A stretch of DNA of 64,000 nt. It comes from a virus. Its lineage: Duplodnaviria > Caudoviricetes. The translations under genes and the position numbers were made by a program. This document shows positions 47,515-58,400 of the stretch, in pieces. The notes below the pieces were generated by a model. That model searched no databases. It was not told where the DNA came from and worked only from the letters and a program-made list of their open reading frames with translations. Within the stretch, counting starts at the first letter, position 1. Every line of letters starts with the position of its first letter. Location: IMG/VR virus record IMGVR_UViG_3300033463_000079, positions 15,491 through 79,490 of that record; one strand, written 5' to 3'.

Positions 47515-48727
47515 CAGAGAACTACTTGCTGTAGCTATTAGTCAGCTCGGCAACACAGGCGGAAAGTATCGGTCATACGTGGGAGAACCGGGATCCTGGT
47601 GCGACATGTTCGTGTACTGGCTCTTTCATGCGAACGGATGCGGAGAGCTTCTGAACTGGACGACGAAGGCAGAGAAGATAGGATGTCCGTCCTCGATCAA
47701 GTGGTGCGAGAAAAACCTGGCAGAGATTCCGCCGTATTTGGCTATGGCCTGTGATCTGGTGTACTACGACTGGGATAAGAACCGTGTGCCGAACCATATC
47801 GGTATCGTGGAAAGCCACTGGACGAACGACAAAATCCATGCGATCGAAGGCAACACGTCCGGCGGCAAGGTGGACAGGAAAGACCGGCAGAAATACATCC
47901 AGGCAGTGTTCCGGCCTCACTTTGCACCTACCAATCTGAAGAAGGACACAAAGCTCGCAGAGGACAGCATTTGCGGATACAACACTATCGCAGCTATGGA
48001 GAAGTGGCTTGGCCTTCCGCAGACTGGCATCCTCACGAGAGAGGTCGTCATCGCGCTCCAGAAGAAGGTGGGAGCGGATCCGGATGCGGCATGGGGGAAA
48101 CAGACCAGTAAAAAGCTGCAGAAGGTCATCGGTGCCAGTCAGGACGGCGACTTCTATAAAAACTCCGTGTTGAAACTGCAGCAGTATCTGAACAAGACTC
48201 TCGGCTATACGAAGGCAGCGCCAAAGAAGGCGGAGACAAAGCAACCGACGAAACATTCCTACAGGATCGAGGTCGATCTTACGAACCAGATCACGACAGT
48301 ATACGACAATGGCAAGGCAGTCATGAGTGAGTTCGTTTCAACAGCTCGAAAGGGCAAAACGACTCCGGTCGGCAGCTTCAAGATCCAGGGTGCAAAGAAC
48401 CTGAAGGCAAAATACAGAACAGCCAAGCTGTCCGGCGGCAAGTCTTACGCAGAGTTCCTTGTACGGTTCAAGGGTGCTAAATGTATGCACACTGTTCCAT
48501 ACAGCAAAAGGAACACTAAAGGCTACGTCAACAAGAACGAGTTCAATAAGCTCGGCACTCCAAGATCTGCCGGGTGCGTGAGAATGCCGTACAAGATGGC
48601 AAAATTCATTTACAACAACTGTCCTATCGGTACTCCGGTCAAGGTTTTTCGTGGAACTGCAGGATCGTATCCGATGGGGAAACCGAAGAAGTACACAGCC
48701 ACAAGCAACGTGGATCCGACGAAATGA
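47504..48727 (+). CDS. Endolysin: CHAP-like domain, PG-binding region and C-terminal L,D-transpeptidase (YkuD) domain
   Basis: WCDMFV..NHIGIVE..IEGNT; IEVDLTNQ..TPVGSFKI..MHTVP..SAGCVRM..IY..CPIGTPV. Confidence 0.78.
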   Translation: MMNNRELLAVAISQLGNTGGKYRSYVGEPGSWCDMFVYWLFHANGCGELLNWTTKAEKIGCPSSIKWCEKNLAEIPPYLAMACDLVYYDWDKNRVPNHIGIVESHWTNDKIHAIEGNTSGGKVDRKDRQKYIQAVFRPHFAPTNLKKDTKLAEDSICGYNTIAAMEKWLGLPQTGILTREVVIALQKKVGADPDAAWGKQTSKKLQKVIGASQDGDFYKNSVLKLQQYLNKTLGYTKAAPKKAETKQPTKHSYRIEVDLTNQITTVYDNGKAVMSEFVSTARKGKTTPVGSFKIQGAKNLKAKYRTAKLSGGKSYAEFLVRFKGAKCMHTVPYSKRNTKGYVNKNEFNKLGTPRSAGCVRMPYKMAKFIYNNCPIGTPVKVFRGTAGSYPMGKPKKYTATSNVDPTK

Positions 48728-48825
48728 TGAAGATTGTATTAGCAGCCGGGATAGTAGGCGGCCTCGGCTTTATATATTTCGCAATTGCGGAAATCGACTA
48801 CAGAAAGAAATATAGGAGAAGGTGA
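48724..48825 (+). CDS. Small membrane peptide (33 aa), possible lysis accessory
   Basis: Single TM helix plus basic tail YRKKYRRR; overlaps the lysin stop. Confidence 0.4.
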   Translation: MMKIVLAAGIVGGLGFIYFAIAEIDYRKKYRRR

Positions 48826-48829
48826 TCAC

Positions 48830-49288
48830 ATGAGATTATTCACACTATTAGACAAACTGACGGAGACTGTGATGAACGGTGTATATCCGGTCGGTTCAGT
48901 TCTGATTACAACAAATTCTGCGAATCCTGGAACGTATCTTCCTGGCACGTGGGTAGCATACGCAACAGGCAAGACGCTGATCGGTGTTAATCCGGAAGAT
49001 ACAGATTTCAATGCTGCAGGAAAGACCGGCGGAACGAAAGACGCTATCGTTGTATCACATACGCACACGATGCAGGCAGCCGGATCTCACTCGCACACAG
49101 GTTACAGATCTTCGTTCAAGGAATCCGGCAGCGGCACACAGCATTATTCCGCATCCGGATCATCTACGTGGAATGCGACGGCAGCAGCCGGATCTCACTC
49201 ACACACGATCAATGCGTCAGGATCGTCAGGCAGCAAGGCAAATCTTCCGCCGTATATTACGGCATACATGTGGAGAAGAACCGAGTAA
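48830..49288 (+). CDS. Short fibre/baseplate-type protein with HxH motifs
   Basis: YPVGSV...NP.TY.PGTW...HTH..HSH..HSH..LPPYIT.YMWRRT; duplicated GCAGCCGGATCTCACTC segment. Confidence 0.7.
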   Translation: MRLFTLLDKLTETVMNGVYPVGSVLITTNSANPGTYLPGTWVAYATGKTLIGVNPEDTDFNAAGKTGGTKDAIVVSHTHTMQAAGSHSHTGYRSSFKESGSGTQHYSASGSSTWNATAAAGSHSHTINASGSSGSKANLPPYITAYMWRRTE

Positions 49289-49300
49289 AGGAGAGAAACT

Positions 49301-49618
49301 ATGTACACTGGAACAACACCAACACATTCATTTAAGCTGCCGTTTGATACGAGTACGTTGAAGGCCATCCAGGTCATCTACAAGCAGGGCGGCATGAAGA
49401 TGACGAAGCTGTACAAGAACAACAAACTGCCAAGCGGCATGTCAATTGACGGTGCGTATGTTTACGTTAGACTGACGGAGATGGAGACGAATGCGTTCAG
49501 TCCGGATAGTCTGGCACTGTGCCAGATCCGTGTACGCACGGAAGAGGACAATGTTATACCGTCCAAGATAAAACAGATCAAAGTGTACGATTCACTTGAT
49601 ACAGAGGTACTGATATGA
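49301..49618 (+). CDS. BppU N-terminal-like tail protein
   Basis: GTTPTHSFKLPFD...YKQG...LTEMET..F....QIRV. Confidence 0.6.
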   Translation: MYTGTTPTHSFKLPFDTSTLKAIQVIYKQGGMKMTKLYKNNKLPSGMSIDGAYVYVRLTEMETNAFSPDSLALCQIRVRTEEDNVIPSKIKQIKVYDSLDTEVLI

Positions 49619-51435
49619 CACAGGAATTTGACGTAGTATTCAGCGAGATAAATGAATCGTTCGACTGCACGTTTGAGTCCGGAGACGAGACGTTCGTCAT
49701 GGAGATGGGCAGCGAGTTCAGGCCGGATCAGTACGAAGGATACACGGAGATCACTCCGTCAGAGCAGACACAGGTTCTCTACACGTCAGAGAAGTATGTT
49801 AAAAACAACATCGTCGTGAAGCCTGTGCCCGGCGGATACATTCTGCCGGAAGGAACAAAAGAGATCGACGAGAACGGCACATACGATATCAAACGGTATG
49901 CAGAGGTCGATGTAGATGTTCCGATTCCGCCTGGCTATATCATTCCGTCCGGGACGCTTGAGATCACAGAGAACGACGACTACGACATAACCGAATATGC
50001 AGGAGTGTCAGTCGATGTTCCGATTCCACCAGGGTATATCGTGCCGAGTGGCACAAAACAGATCACGTCGATCGGCACAGGCATAGACGTAACCGAGTAT
50101 GCGGACGTGGACGTTGCGATACCGGACGCTGTCATCGGACAGGCCGAGTTATCCGTGTCGCCACAGACTCCGACCATCAACAGTTCGACCGGACTCGTCA
50201 CTGCTAATGTAGGAACGACGACCGGAGAGATCAAACCGATCACGACTGCAGGATACGTCACTCCGACTACAGCAATACCGTACAAGAGGACAGGTGGATC
50301 CAAAACGCTGCAGCTCGATACGCAGGCCGGAGCGACCATCACTCCAACCACATCGCAGCAGACAGCGGTAGCAGCAGGAAAGTATACTCTGGGCGACGTC
50401 AAGGTCGGTGCGATACCAAGTCAGTATATCGTACCATCCGGCACGAAGCAGATCACAGCCAATGGAACTAACATCGACGTGAAGCAGTACGAATACGCAG
50501 ACGTTGCGGTGCCTGCTTCAACACCTACGCTGCAGACGAAGAGCAAGACATATACTCCGACCACGTCGCAGCAGACGGAAACCGTGCAGGCCGACAGCGG
50601 CTACGACGGACTGGAAAAGGTCAACGTCACTGTCAGTGCTGTGGCAACCGGAACGGCAGGTACACCAACAGCTTCAAAAGGAACTGTCAGTAACCATGCC
50701 ATAGCTGTCACTCCGTCGGTAACCAACACGACAGGATATATCACTGGTGGTACGAAGACCGGCACGGCAGTAAGCGTATCCGCAAGTGAAGTGGTAAGCG
50801 GAACGTATACGGTCAGTTCAAGTGGTACGAAGGATGTAACCAACTATGCGAGTGCATCCATCCAGGCAGGAACTGCAGGAACACCTGCTCTCACAGTAAG
50901 TGCGGTAGAAAACCATTCCAAAACCATAAGGTCGTCAGTAATCAATTCAACAGGGTGGATCACAGGCGGAACGGTTTCTGGAGCATCTACCACTGTATCG
51001 GCAAGTGATTTGGTAAGTGGCACTCTGTCGATCACGTCAAACGGAACTGGTATCGACGTTACGAACTACGAGAAGGTAGACGTCGCTGTGCCGGGTGGTG
51101 GTACATCAAAGAACGTACAGATCGCACAGAGCACAACGAGAGCGACGTCATCGACATATGTAAAAGTGTGCGGAGATATTACTGTATCAAAGGCAGGAAC
51201 TTACGATATCTACTGGACGTACTTCAGATCGAGTACATCCGGAACGTGGGGTTCGCAGCTTTATAAGAACGGTGTGGCACAGGGTTCTGCACAGTCTACG
51301 TTCACGAACCATGTATGCAACGTCCATCTGTCGAATGTATCTCTCGCAGCAAACGACACGGTATCCGTGTATGCACGGTCAAGAGGATCCAACTACTACG
51401 GATATGTCGGACAGCTTACCATCATAGAGGCATAA
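49615..51435 (+). CDS. Tail fibre / receptor-binding protein
   Basis: P.GYI.PSGT..IT.N..YD.TEYA.V.V repeats; C-terminal tip 83% identical to 9494..9820. Confidence 0.78.
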   Translation: MTQEFDVVFSEINESFDCTFESGDETFVMEMGSEFRPDQYEGYTEITPSEQTQVLYTSEKYVKNNIVVKPVPGGYILPEGTKEIDENGTYDIKRYAEVDVDVPIPPGYIIPSGTLEITENDDYDITEYAGVSVDVPIPPGYIVPSGTKQITSIGTGIDVTEYADVDVAIPDAVIGQAELSVSPQTPTINSSTGLVTANVGTTTGEIKPITTAGYVTPTTAIPYKRTGGSKTLQLDTQAGATITPTTSQQTAVAAGKYTLGDVKVGAIPSQYIVPSGTKQITANGTNIDVKQYEYADVAVPASTPTLQTKSKTYTPTTSQQTETVQADSGYDGLEKVNVTVSAVATGTAGTPTASKGTVSNHAIAVTPSVTNTTGYITGGTKTGTAVSVSASEVVSGTYTVSSSGTKDVTNYASASIQAGTAGTPALTVSAVENHSKTIRSSVINSTGWITGGTVSGASTTVSASDLVSGTLSITSNGTGIDVTNYEKVDVAVPGGGTSKNVQIAQSTTRATSSTYVKVCGDITVSKAGTYDIYWTYFRSSTSGTWGSQLYKNGVAQGSAQSTFTNHVCNVHLSNVSLAANDTVSVYARSRGSNYYGYVGQLTIIEA

Positions 51436-51437
51436 AA

Positions 51438-51472
51438 GTGTGGGAGAAAGAACTTCTCCCATTTTCTATAAT
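51438..51472 (+). promoter_or_regulatory. Putative late promoter (motif copy 3) with overlapping hairpin, upstream of the ejection operon
   Basis: GTGTGGGAGAAA-N17-TATAAT; TGGGAGAA/TTCTCCCA stem then TTTT. Confidence 0.75.
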
Positions 51473-51499
51473 TCTCTTATCGAAAGGAGAGAGATCATC

Positions 51500-52363
51500 A
51501 TGGCAAATCCACTGAAATACGTTGACGTACCAACAGCAAAAGCGCCGGCGGCATACGTTGCTCCGGTCAATAACGTGAAGTACGTCCAACCTACATATAC
51601 ATCCAGGTACGGAGATCAACTTGATTCCGCACTAAACAACGTAACCAACTTTCAGTACGATCCACTGAAGGACGCATCATATCAGGCACTTGCAAAGGTT
51701 TACTCAAAACGAGGAGAGCAAGCAGCCAAGAACACGATGGCAGACGCAGCCATGCTAAACGGCGGACTGTCTACATCCTATGCGGCATCCGCAGCGCAGC
51801 AGCAGAGAAACGACTATAACGCAGAACTGGCGACACTGATTCCTGATCTTGAAGAGAGAGCATACAACAGAAACGTGCAGACACTTGCAGCTCTTGGGGA
51901 TGCAGAGGACAGAGACTACGGAAGATACAGGGATACCGTTGGAGACGCACAATGGAAGTACGGTGTCGATTATCAGGCCTACAGAGACAAGGTGGCAGAC
52001 TCGCAGTGGAAGTATGGACAAGATTATCAGGCATACAGAGACACAGTCGCAGACTCACAGTGGGCGAGAAACTACAACCTTGACATCTACGGACTGAAGA
52101 AGTCAGGATCCGGTGGTGGTGGCGGCGGACGTCGTGGTGGCGGCGGAGGCGGCGGATATGCCGGCAGCGGATCGACCGGTGGCGGAAGCGTATACAATAC
52201 AGCCGCAAAGGTCGCAGCAGGCGCCATAAGTGCATCGAAGACGAAACTGAATGTTCTGAATAAGGCGACCAACAAACAGAAAAAACAGGCTGTCAAAAGC
52301 TCCAACAAAAAGAAAACGACCACAAAGAAGATCGCAGGCGGCGGCGGACACGCAGTCAAATAA
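51500..52363 (+). CDS. Internal virion / DNA ejection protein
   Basis: AAGGAG SD; YRD.V.D.QW repeats, Gly-rich and Lys-rich tail; precedes the giant gene. Confidence 0.65.
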   Translation: MANPLKYVDVPTAKAPAAYVAPVNNVKYVQPTYTSRYGDQLDSALNNVTNFQYDPLKDASYQALAKVYSKRGEQAAKNTMADAAMLNGGLSTSYAASAAQQQRNDYNAELATLIPDLEERAYNRNVQTLAALGDAEDRDYGRYRDTVGDAQWKYGVDYQAYRDKVADSQWKYGQDYQAYRDTVADSQWARNYNLDIYGLKKSGSGGGGGGRRGGGGGGGYAGSGSTGGGSVYNTAAKVAAGAISASKTKLNVLNKATNKQKKQAVKSSNKKKTTTKKIAGGGGHAVK

Positions 52364-52370
52364 GAAGGAC

Positions 52371-52400
52371 AGAAGGGGAATGCCGCAAGGTGTTCCTCTT
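52371..52400 (+). other. GNRA-capped hairpin between ejection genes
   Basis: AAGGGGAATGCC-GCAA-GGTGTTCCTCTT. Confidence 0.55.
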
Positions 52401-52418
52401 ATAACATAGGAGATAAAT

Positions 52419-55400
52419 ATGAGCACAAAGACACAAGCACAGAAAGCGTACAACAGATACAAGCAGGCACAGGCCAACCAGAAAAAAAAGAAGGTCGTCA
52501 ACACGCAGACACGGCAGCAGCAGAAAATCAACAAGGCCGTAACGAAAAGAGCGACCGGCAACTACAGTGCGTTCAAGGGTGTCAATCCTGGAAGGACTTC
52601 TGAAGGATCTGTTCAGAACACGACGGTCAAGAGATACACGCAGACTGAAGCTCCGGCAAGACGGAATCAGCAGGAGATCCAGAGACAGAGAAGGGAGCAT
52701 CAGACGCAGACGACCGGGCAGAGGATGAACCAGGAAGATCAGAGCAGATTCAAGAACCTTACCGTAGGCGCTCTAGAACAGTCGGTAGGATCTGCTCGTA
52801 AAGCGTTCTCCGGGTTCATGTCAGGTGTCACGGACACAAGAGCAAAGTCTGACACCTACGGCGGAGTCCAGGCGCATCGTAATGGTACGCAGCAGTACAT
52901 GACACGTCGTGAGGACAGACTGTCTCCGGAACAACTGCAGTCAAAAGAGTCCGGGATTCAGAAGAGCAAGGCCACATCAAAGGCGCTCTCTGAAGCACAG
53001 GACTATTATACAAAACAGGAAAGCAAGGCCGCATCCAAACAGATCGCACGAGGCACAGAGAAGATCGAGAAGGGTAAAGAAGGACTCGGCGCTGTCGGCA
53101 GATTTGGTGCGGATCTATATACAGGTGCAGTGCAGCTCGGTGCGGATATCGGCATCGGTGCATTGACAGGATCAGCTCTGCTTCCAATGGGAGTCAGAGC
53201 TTTTGGTGGTGCGGTCGATGAGGCGGAACAGGCCGGTGCATCGTGGAAGAAACAGATGATGTACGGTGCGACTACAGCAGGCATCGAGCTTGGATCAGAG
53301 AAACTGTTCAACGTAGGCGCTGCACTGAATAAGGCATACGGTGCAGGTGTTGGAGATAAGCTCGTCGAGAAGCTAACGAAGAAGGTCGGCAAGTCTGCAC
53401 TCAAGGGCGGATTGTCTGAAGTCGGTGCTGCGGCGCTCACGGAAGGACTTGAGGAAATGGTGGCTGAAGGACTTGAACCTATGGTGGCAAATGCGATCTA
53501 TGCAAATGCTATCGGTGGGGATGCGGTACAGACATCACTGCTCAATGATCCGACGCAGGCAGGACTCAACATACTCCGGGCAGGTGGCATCGGTGCGGCG
53601 CTCGGTGCTCCTCTTGGCGGTGCAGGTGTCGTCATGCAGAACCGGCAAGGCAAGAAGATTTCCGAGAATGCACAGAACATCTACGGCGAGGACGGAGTCA
53701 AAGAGATGGCACGTCAGGCCAGAGAGTCCGAGGACGAAGAAGACGCTGCGTTCGCACAGGCCGTGTACAATGCGATCAACGAAGGCAAGGGTGTGGCTAA
53801 CATCCAGGTGGCGAGGCTCCAGGGAGTTCTGAATTCACAGAAGGAGAGAGATGCCAAGAGGACTGCAGAAGCATATAACGTAGCAGAGAAGACCATAGCA
53901 GATAACAACTACAGCATTCCGAGACAGGCGGCAAACGCTAAAGCATCGGAGTCTGTTGACGTGGCAAGACGTGCGATCGCAGAACAGATCCCGGCAGATG
54001 TTGAGATGTCCGAAGCAGAGGCGGATAAGATCGTCACGACTGCAGCGAGAATCGGATCCGGTATTGCCGGAGAGAGCGACATCCGTGAGGCACTGTCGTC
54101 CGCAGAGTCCATCACAGTAATGGAAGCAGTGACCGGCCTCGATCTGGGCGGCAAGAGCAAGTCCGTGCAGCACGACATGCTGATCCAGTATGCAGCGCAG
54201 CAGTATGTTGACGCAGCGCAGAGACAGACAGAGTACGACAACAGCACACTGCGGAATGCGTACAAGACAATCAAGGAGAAGGATCTGGGTGTCGGCGGAC
54301 AGACTGCATTCGATAAGATTTTTGAGGGCGAGGATGTGCGTGGCCTTGCCGACGGATCCACAGATTTCAGAGGCGACGACATCAACGACGTACATAACAA
54401 GATGTATACGTTCGAGGCATTTTACCGGGCAGGAACTGCGGACATGACTCTTGAGGAGATCCGGCAGAAAGATAATCCGGTGTTTGCATCTCTGACTCCA
54501 AGACAGCAGGAAGACGCATACATCGCAGGACGTAACGATGCACTGGCGGAACAGAATGCTGCATATCTGAAGGACGTGCAGGTCGGACGCAAATCACAGA
54601 AGGCCAAGACGAAAGTCCGTCCAGGACATGTATCACTCGCAAGATTGAGCGACGAGAACAAACAGATCCTCACGCAGAGCAGACCACTGTTCGAGGCACT
54701 GGCTAAAGCTCTCGGCATCGAGATCGAGTTCCGGGATGAGATCACAAACGTAAATGGAGAGGTCATCGAGGAAGGTGTCAACGGACACTACCAGGATGGC
54801 AAGATCACGATCTCAATGGACAACGACAAGGCGGACATGGAAAAAGTTCCTCTCGCCGCTATTGCGTATGTCTTTGAACACGAAGTGACACACCACATGA
54901 AGGTGTTTGCTCCGGCGGAGTTCTTCAGATTCAAACAGTTCGTGAAGAATAAGATGATGACGATGGAGTCCTCTGACGGCAACTTCGCAAACAGATACGA
55001 AGAGGAGATCGCAAAGAAGAGAAGACAGTACGGCAACGAGGACGAAGGCCTTCTCTTTGAAGAGATCCTGGCGGATGCGAGTATCGAGTTCATCCAGGAC
55101 GAAGAGTTCTGCAAGGAGATCTGCGAGCAGGATGCAGACACGGCACATGCGATCATCAAGGCGCTGCGTAATCTCATGGACAAGATCCGTGAGATCATGG
55201 CAAACATAGTCCTCACAGATTCACAGAGACAGACACTGTTCTCTGAACTTGACATACTCAAGGACGCAGAGCAGATGTGGCTTGCCGGTATCCGTGTGGC
55301 TGCGGAGAGACGGAATGCTGTAGGCGAGACAAGTAACCGTGCATCACTTTCCATCAAGTCGATACCGTCAATGGATAATAAACTCGTTGTCGTGGTGGAC

Positions 55401-58400
55401 ACAGATCAACATATCTTTGACGGTGTAGACGAAAGAGACTATGCAAAGGTCGCAAAAGCATACATGAAAAAGAGGTTCCAGGGCAAGGTCGTTGGAACGG
55501 TCAATCCTGCTTATTTCAATTCCAATAGTGTTGGAGAGTATGCATATCCTGCAAAAGACAATCCACCAGACATAGACAGAGCAAAGATGAAAGCTGCTCC
55601 GGAATTAGAGAACATGCTTGACATCGCAGGGAAACCAGAACACATACACTATGATAAGAATAATCCTGATCCAAATCATCCAGACAGGTATAAAGGCGAT
55701 TATACAGAAGACTGGGATATTTATTCCGGTGTTACATTCGTCCTTGACGACAGATTTTTTGAGGGAACGATTAACCTTCAGTACAACAAAATTGGAAGGC
55801 TCTTCAAAGATTTAACACAAATAAAAGATATCACTGACAGCTTGCTGGATGCCAGCGGCAATACGCCTCTGCTCCAGACCGTCAGTGATTTCTCTACAGA
55901 TATTGTAGAGGATTCCGACGCAGAAGTCAAGAAGTCTATGAAGGAATTGGTCACATTATCTGATCAGAGAATCGACAATCTGATCGACGAGTATGCGATT
56001 CCAGGGAACACGACATCGAACTATACACAGGCATGGATCACGTCTATCAATCCGAGAGATTTTCTCAAACTGACTATATCAGACGAGGCGCTTGCAAGAT
56101 GGTATGAACCAGAAGCTGCAAACAATGATCAACCAGTCAGAGAACTTGAACCGGAAGATCTCAAGGCCAAGGGGAAGTATGATCCACTGATGCCTTATCT
56201 TCGCATACAGACACGAGACTCGCATAGTGTTGTCGGACATGAAGGCAGACACAGAATGAAAGCGCTCATGGATGCAGGATTCGAGGACGTGCCTGTCGTT
56301 GTCGTGGACTGGAACGAAGCCACAAAGAACACGAAACAGATGGAGGACGAGATGGATCTGTGGTCTCAGGATCACGGCAACGGCCCGGTCAATTCAGATA
56401 ACGACATCGGTTACCGTGTTGACGTATATGATCTCATTCCTATCAATGAGAAGAACCGTGCAGAGATAGAGAGGATGTACGGTGGGGATACACAGGTTCA
56501 GTTCTCTCGCAAATATACTCCGGAAGAACAGCAGGAACACAGAGACGCACTCCTGGAGACTTGTAAGGAACTGTATGGATCAGAGACCACAGAGAACTAT
56601 CACGAGTCCGGATACATTCTGCCAGACGGCAAGATGCCGAAGATGGGCGACATGGGCATCCGAGGAGAAGACCATCTCGTGGCTGCGGTCGGATATGGAA
56701 TGGAGTTCGATGGCATTGATATGTTCATGCGTGAAGGAAACATCAGACTCGTTCCGGAGACGAATGGATTCCAGATCACGACAGAACCTACGAAGGAACA
56801 GTACGATACTATCGGCAAGGTCGTAGACAGCATGTACGACGGTGTATATTCTCCGTTCACTGAAATCAGAATAGACTTCACGGATGACGACGGATTCGTC
56901 AGAGATACGATGGCATTCAACGGAACGGACAGTGATGCGATTGTCGGATCCATTAAGGCACACTTCGCAGGCGGAACGGTTACTCCTATGAGACAGTTCC
57001 TGTCACGTAAAGACAGTGAAGGAAGATATCTGTCAGAAGGCCAGATGGAATACTTCAAGGATTCAAAGGCCAGGGATGCATACGGACATCTGATTCCGGT
57101 ATATCACAGTTCAGATGCGGAGTTCACGGAGTTCGACGAGGATATGCGTGGCGAGAATACTGGATCACTTAATACTGCATACGGATTCTTCACTTCTCCA
57201 AACGAGGAGTTTTCAAAACAGTTCGGCAAGAACACAAAGAAGATGTATGCGAACATCACGAATCCTTTGATCCATCCGTCGAACTGTCATCTGAAGTATC
57301 CTGGCAGAGAGGATGAAATCACGAAGACGTGGTTTGAAACTGTTGATCCATACCAGATTCCATTCCTTGAGGAGATCGTAGAGAGTGGAGACTATGACAG
57401 TCTATATGATGCGTACATGGGTGCGTTTATGTGGGAAGCATTCGACTACGCAGATGATGAGAGAGAGACGGTCGAGAATGCCGGATTTGACGGAATGGAA
57501 ATCATCGAAGGGGAGAGAGACTACGTGGATGGCGTACAGATTAAACCGTATGCGATTTCGTCGTTTGTCGTGTTCAATTCCAATCAATTGAAGGACGTAG
57601 ACAATCTCGATCCGACTGACAATCCGGACATTCTGTTATCCAGGAAGGACTCCGAAGGGAACGAACTGTCTGAAGGACAAGCAGAATACTTCAAGGATTC
57701 CAAAGTCAGAGACGAGGACGGAAACCTTCTCCGCATGTATCACGGAACGGACGAGGAGTTCACTGTATTCAAACCGAATAAATATGTGGAAGAACGGAAC
57801 GGACTGTCCAGAATCAAGGGATACTTTTCAACGAGTGAAGACTATTCCGGCATATATGGAGAGACGTCTGCATACTATCTCAACATAGAGAATCCTCTGT
57901 TCATTCCGGACGAAGGCAAGACGTTGGCAGAATGGCAGACATGGTTTGCGGAACAAGGTGTGGACGGTGTCGTGTTTGATTCAGGAATCGAGGAAGACAC
58001 TGTCAAGGGATATGTTAAGGAAGACGGCACAAGACTCTATTCCTTATGGGAACTGTTTGATGCCGGATCATATTGGCATGGAGACGGAAATCTTACAGAA
58101 AAGATCGAGAATGCAGGACATGACGGCATCTATTGGGAAGAAGGCGAGGACTGGAATCTTGGTGGCGGCAGATCCGTTGAAGGGAGACAACTGGCATACA
58201 TGCCATTCAATGAGAATGCCATCAAGAGATTAGACAATCTGAATCCTTCTAGCAGCAATGACATTAGATATTCCATGAAGGAAGTCAGAGGCAACAAGAC
58301 GCAGCAGAAGAGAGATCGTGGAGAAAAACTGACAAAGAGTCAGTTCTATAGGATCTATTCTGTTCACAAGCTCAACCTTCGTGGACTTGATAATCTTCAG

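Noticed and set aside
28207-47590. Other near-matches to the late motif (28210, 42160, 46947, 47577)
   Set aside because: No TANNNT at 16-17 nt spacing; they are inside coding sequence or act as SD
9494-51435. Diversity-generating retroelement TR/VR pair (two similar fibre tips)
   Set aside because: Differences are mostly synonymous third-position changes, not adenine-specific; both copies are coding; no reverse transcriptase in the window
33343-51500. Track start codons at 33343 (MWEK...) and 51440 (MGER...)
   Set aside because: These fall inside the promoter motif; SD-supported starts are 33403 and 51500
12492-52489. A9 run in the holin (12492-12500) and A8 run near the giant gene start (52482-52489) as phase-variation switches
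   Set aside because: Both encode Lys runs in Lys-rich contexts; no evidence of length variation without reads
172-52700. Reverse-strand ORFs throughout
   Set aside because: They overlap well-supported + strand genes, lack SD sites and show no recognisable motifs
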